Under the pieces are notes generated by a model. The model saw nothing but the letters and a program-made list of their open reading frames with translations, was not told where the DNA came from and made no database searches. 64,000 nucleotides of DNA. Source: Candidatus Omnitrophota bacterium. Lineage in GTDB: Bacteria > Omnitrophota > Gorgyraeia > Gygaellales > Profunditerraquicolaceae. Below are positions 60,215 to 64,000 of this stretch, piece after piece (position 1 is the first letter of the stretch; the number at the start of each line of letters is the position of its first letter). The stretch is from assembly GCA_043800555.1 (NCBI GenBank), contig JAZDMX010000015.1, positions 19,218-83,217 on the forward strand. Reading direction: 5' to 3'. Both the position numbers and the translations under genes were made by a program.

Positions 60215-61006
60215 TTACCAACCCATCAGCTCCTCGACCTTGGCGGCGATATTTTCTTCCCGCATGAAAGCCGTGCCGACCAAAACCGCGTTTACCCCTA
60301 ATATTTTCAAGAACAAAATATCCTGATAGCTCTTTAACCCGCTCTCTACGACTACCACCTTATCCCCGGGAATAAGAGTATATAACTTTTCGGTAGTTTT
60401 AGGGTCAACTTCAAGAGTGCGCAAATCGCGGTTGTTGATGCCGATAAGCGGGATTCCCTTTAATTTCAAAACCTTCTTCAGCTCATTTTCATTGTGGACC
60501 TCAACCAAACAATCCATTCCTAAGCCGGAAGCTACGGCTGTAAACTCGGTTATCTGCTCCTGCGTAAGCAAGCCCGCAATAAGCAGTATGGCGTCAGCTC
60601 CGTAAAAACGGGACTCATAAACCTGATACGGCTCGATTATAAAATCTTTTCTTAACACCGGAAGCCCTACCGCATTCTTTATCTGGTTGATATACGAAAT
60701 ATTCCCCTGGAAATGGTCTTCCTCGGTTAAAACCGAAATTGCCTGCGCCCCGGCATCCCGGTAGGCCCGCGCGATATCCAGATGGTTAAAATCCTGGCGG
60801 ATAACTCCTGCGGAAGGCGAGGCCTTTTTTATTTCGGCAATCAGGGAAATCTGGCGGGGTTTATTTATGGCCTCAATAAACGGCCGGGCTTGCGCGGCGC
60901 TTCGCGCCTTAGCTTCCATCTCCTCTTCGGGCATTTGCTGCTTAGCCAGGGACAAACGTCCTTTTTTATTTGAGATGATCTCTTTTAAGGTATCTGTTCT
61001 TGCCAT
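60215..61006 (-). CDS. trpC: indole-3-glycerol-phosphate synthase
   Basis: IAEIKKASPSAG and LLIAG...INNRDL motifs of IGPS. Confidence 0.9.
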   Translation of the reverse strand: MARTDTLKEIISNKKGRLSLAKQQMPEEEMEAKARSAAQARPFIEAINKPRQISLIAEIKKASPSAGVIRQDFNHLDIARAYRDAGAQAISVLTEEDHFQGNISYINQIKNAVGLPVLRKDFIIEPYQVYESRFYGADAILLIAGLLTQEQITEFTAVASGLGMDCLVEVHNENELKKVLKLKGIPLIGINNRDLRTLEVDPKTTEKLYTLIPGDKVVVVESGLKSYQDILFLKILGVNAVLVGTAFMREENIAAKVEELMGW

Positions 61007-62020
61007 TATCGCGAATACTCCTTTAATAATTCCAGCTTTCTTAACGCGGCCTTGCTATCTATCGACTGCACCGCCAGTTTAACCCCTTCCTTGACGGAAC
61101 CAGCCTTATCCGCGGCGTATATGGCGCACCCGGCGTTAAGCAATACTATGTCCCGTTTAAAACCGTCTTTGCCGCCTAAGATATCCTGGGCTATCTGCAC
61201 ATTATCAAAGAGGCTTCCGCCGGACAGATCCTCTATGCGGGCGCGCTTAAACCCGAAATCTTCCGGGCTTATTTCATAATTCTTAATCCCGCCATGATTT
61301 AATTCCGAGACGAAAGTCCTATCGGTAGTAGTCACCTCATCCAACCCATCGGCTCCATGGACCACTAAAACATGCTTAGAACCCAAATTGCCTAAGACGC
61401 GCGCGAGAACCGGAAGCCACTTAGCCGCATAGACTCCGATTAACTGGTTTGTTGCCCGGGCAGGATTAATTAGGGGCCCCAGGATGTTAAAAATTGTTTT
61501 GCCGGCAATTTGCTTGCGCGCAGGCATTACGTTCTTCATTGCCTTGTGCATATTCGGAGCGTATAAAAACGCTATGCCTATTTCTTCAAGGCTCTTTTTA
61601 ATCTTTTCCCTATCCATATTTATGTTCACGCCTAAAGCTTCCAGGATATCCGCGCTTCCGCAAATGCTTGAAACGCAACGGTTGCCATGCTTAGCCACCA
61701 CAACGCCTGCGCCACAAGCAACAAAAGCGCTGATAGTAGATATATTGAACGTGCCAAGTTTATCCCCCTCCCGTGCCGCAGGTATCCAGTATGTTATTAG
61801 GCTTATCTATGGTAATCGGGTCAACGTATTTAAGCATCGCCTCTGCCGCAGCAGTCAGTTCATCGGCCGTCTCCCCCTTATCATTCAAATAAGTGAGAAA
61901 TTCGACAATCTCGGGCGTTTTGGCCCTGCCGCTTAAGATATCTTCCATCACCTCTTGCATCTCTTTGACGGCAAGGTCATTATTGACAGCGAGCTTGCTT
62001 ATCGCTTTTCTTATGCTCAT
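61006..62020 (-). pseudogene. trpD: anthranilate phosphoribosyltransferase trpD, disrupted by a +1 frameshift in a G5 run
   Basis: The N-terminal ORF (61760-62020) ends ...DTCGTGGG*. The remainder (61006-61701) starts ...VAKHGNR. Deleting one G from gggaggggga (plus-strand C5 at 61764-61768) restores the continuous TrpD sequence [33 protein letters not shown]. Confidence 0.8.
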
Positions 62021-62581
62021 AGATTGATAAAATTAGCTAAAATATCCATGCCGCATTTTGTCAGGATGGATTCCGGGTGAAATTGCACCCCCCAAATAGG
62101 ATATTTCTTGTGTTTTAAACCCATAATCTCTTTATCTTTGGTCCAAGCGGTTATCTCCAGGGCCTCCGGCAAGCTGCCCCGGTCTACAATCAGGGAATGA
62201 TACCGCGTTGCCTCAAAAGGATTGGCTAAACCCTTAAAAATACCGTTATTATTGTGGAAAATCATAGAGGTCTTTCCATGCATCAGGTTTTTCGCATTGA
62301 CGATTTTGCCTCCGTAGGCATACCCTATAGCCTGATGCCCCGAGGCAAACTCCGAGGATGGGCATTTTACCGGCAAATATCTTTATCGCTTCGCATGATA
62401 CCCCGGCTTCTTCCGGCCGCCCCGGGCCGGGAGAGATAACAATCTTCTTAGGGGCTAATCTTCCTATTTGCTCAACTGTAATCTTATCATTCCGGAAAAC
62501 TTTTACCTCCTGGCGCAAGGAACTTAAATACTGCACCAGGTTATAGGTAAACGAATCATAGTTATCAATCATTAAAATCAT
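62017..62581 (-). pseudogene. trpG: anthranilate synthase component II (glutamine amidotransferase) trpG, disrupted by a +1 frameshift in a G4 run
   Basis: The N-terminal ORF reads [15 protein letters not shown]...[11 protein letters not shown]... out of frame after GVCLG. The C-terminal ORF carries [14 protein letters not shown]...HSL. Removing one G from ctcGGGGca (plus-strand CCCC at 62338-62341) restores [15 protein letters not shown]. Confidence 0.8.
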
Positions 62582-62647
62582 ATTTATTCCCTGCCTCCTT
62601 TAATGCCTTAGCCTCCCTAATCTTACTCTTAATTTATCAACAAGCTT

Positions 62648-63910
62648 TTATTCCTTTTCTCTCCGGATATTGGCGCCTAATTTTCCCAGTTTTTCTTCGA
62701 TTCTTTCATAGCCGCGTTCCAAATGATAAATTCTTGAGATGGAAGTCCTGCCTTTGGCGGCTAATCCCGCGAGGGCTAAACAAGCAGAAGCGCGTAAATC
62801 CGAAGCCATTACCGGTGCCCCTGAAAGCTCCGGCGCCCCCTCGACAATAGCATGCGGCCCTTCCCTCTGGATATGCGCCCCCATGCGGTTAAGCTCGGCA
62901 ACATGCATGAACCTGTCCGGGTATATCTTCTCGGTAATAACGCTTATGCCGGCGGTCACGCTCATAAGAGCCATCATCTGGGCCTGCATATCAGTCGGAA
63001 AACCCGGATACGGAAGCGTATTTATATTTATGGCGTTAAGCTGTTTCTTATAACGCACGCGCAAGGAATTATCCGCCCTGATAATATGGGCGCCGGCCTC
63101 TTCAAGCCTGTCGATAAGCGCCCCCAAATGCTTATATAATACATTTTTTATAAGAATATCCCCCCTGGTAATTAGGGCGGCCAGCATCATTGTCCCGGCC
63201 TCGATCCTATCCGGGATAATTGTATGGGTTGCCCCATGCAGGTGCCTTACTCCCTCAATCTCTATCACGGGAGTTCCCTGCCCTTTGATTTTCGCTCCCA
63301 TCTTAATCAAGAATTCCGCTAAATCTTCCACTTCGGGCTCACAAGCTGCTGATTCAATCACGGTCTTGCCTTCGGCCAATACCGCGGCCATCATAACGTT
63401 ATCCGTAGCCAAAACAGAAGAGCCATAGACACCGCCTAAATAGATATGCCTGCCCTTTAATTCCGCGGCCTTGGCAATTACGTAACCGGAATCGACTTCG
63501 ACATCCGCTCCCAGTGCCTTTATTCCTTTTAGGTGCAGGTCAACCGGACGGACACCGATAACACAACCCCCGGGGAGAGAAACTTTTGCCTTTTTAAGTT
63601 TTCCTAAAAGCGGGCCCAAAACACAAAAAGACGCGCGCATGGTGGAAACCAGCTTATAATCCGCAACGTGTTTTATCTTCTTAAAGCTGTTTACCGAAAC
63701 TATCCCCCTGTCAAAATCCACGTTCTTGCCTAACGAACGCAGTATTTTTATCATCGTGCTGGTATCGCGTAAATCCGGGACACCTTTAATTATGCAGCCA
63801 TCGTCAGTAAGCAGCGTTGCCGCTAGTATGGGTAAAGCGGCGTTCTTGGCGCCTGAAATTACGGCTTCGCCTTTGAGCTTTACTCCACCCTCGATAATTA
63901 ATTTATCCAT
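62648..63910 (-). CDS. murA: UDP-N-acetylglucosamine 1-carboxyvinyltransferase
   Basis: N-terminus MDKLIIEGG..L.G...ISGAKNAALP. Catalytic Cys region. 420 aa EPSP-synthase fold. Confidence 0.95.
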   Translation of the reverse strand: MDKLIIEGGVKLKGEAVISGAKNAALPILAATLLTDDGCIIKGVPDLRDTSTMIKILRSLGKNVDFDRGIVSVNSFKKIKHVADYKLVSTMRASFCVLGPLLGKLKKAKVSLPGGCVIGVRPVDLHLKGIKALGADVEVDSGYVIAKAAELKGRHIYLGGVYGSSVLATDNVMMAAVLAEGKTVIESAACEPEVEDLAEFLIKMGAKIKGQGTPVIEIEGVRHLHGATHTIIPDRIEAGTMMLAALITRGDILIKNVLYKHLGALIDRLEEAGAHIIRADNSLRVRYKKQLNAININTLPYPGFPTDMQAQMMALMSVTAGISVITEKIYPDRFMHVAELNRMGAHIQREGPHAIVEGAPELSGAPVMASDLRASACLALAGLAAKGRTSISRIYHLERGYERIEEKLGKLGANIRREKE

Positions 63911-64000
63911 TTTTCTCCTTAAAGCGTAATCAAAAAGCTAATTTAACGGACAACTCGGCCACAGCCGCCTGCCTTTCGAGCCGCTATTACCCTATCGATA

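Overview
The window is a bacterial chromosomal segment of about 47% GC, with almost every gene on the minus strand. It is core housekeeping DNA; I found no mobile element, CRISPR array or recognisable defence island.

**Gene content, by increasing coordinate**
- rluD (N-terminal part, runs off the window), lgt, lspA, a dksA/traR-like gene and ileS.
- mtnP, proC and yggS.
- A complete canonical dcw cluster on the minus strand: mraZ, rsmH, ftsL, ftsI, murE, murF, mraY, murD, ftsW, murG, murC, murB, ddl, ftsQ, ftsA. It ends at ftsA with no ftsZ.
- ribF, nrnA, rbfA, a CCA-adding enzyme, xerD, an MBL-fold hydrolase, a lipoprotein, ligA, acyP and tRNA-Pro(CGG).
- A riboflavin operon (ribBA, ribH, nusB, a PHP-domain protein, ribD, ribE) under an FMN riboswitch with a terminator expression platform.
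- cinA-C and thpR on the plus strand.
- pgpA, pgsA, rimO, a rodZ-like gene, ftsK, pnp and rpsO.
- A cluster of tiny ORFs, then a 968-aa UvrD-family helicase fused to a C-terminal Cas4/AddB-type PD-(D/E)xK iron-sulfur nuclease domain.
- rpmB on the plus strand, then recJ, argS, rsfS, a 48-aa zinc-ribbon gene, a CorC/HlyC-family protein and an M16 peptidase.
- A trp operon (trpG, trpD, trpC, trpF, an embedded zinc-ribbon membrane ORF, trpB, trpA) in which trpG and trpD each carry a +1 frameshift and trpE is absent.
- murA.

**Signals not explained by the gene calls**
- Two near-identical 30-bp-stem hairpins sit exactly at the two ends of the dcw cluster and differ by one compensatory base pair.
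- A nested palindromic motif TTCCAA-N7-TTGGAA occurs at two intra-operon spacers.
- Three 10-bp-phased GTGGA repeats upstream of mraZ look like an MraZ operator.
- Sigma-70 promoters are visible for rpsO, rpmB, yggS, cinA and the zinc-ribbon gene.
- rsfS probably starts at an ATT codon.

I cannot name a definitively novel system. The strongest candidates for a second look are the helicase-nuclease with its small-ORF neighbourhood, the twin hairpins and missing ftsZ, the TTCCAA palindrome family, and the decaying trp operon.
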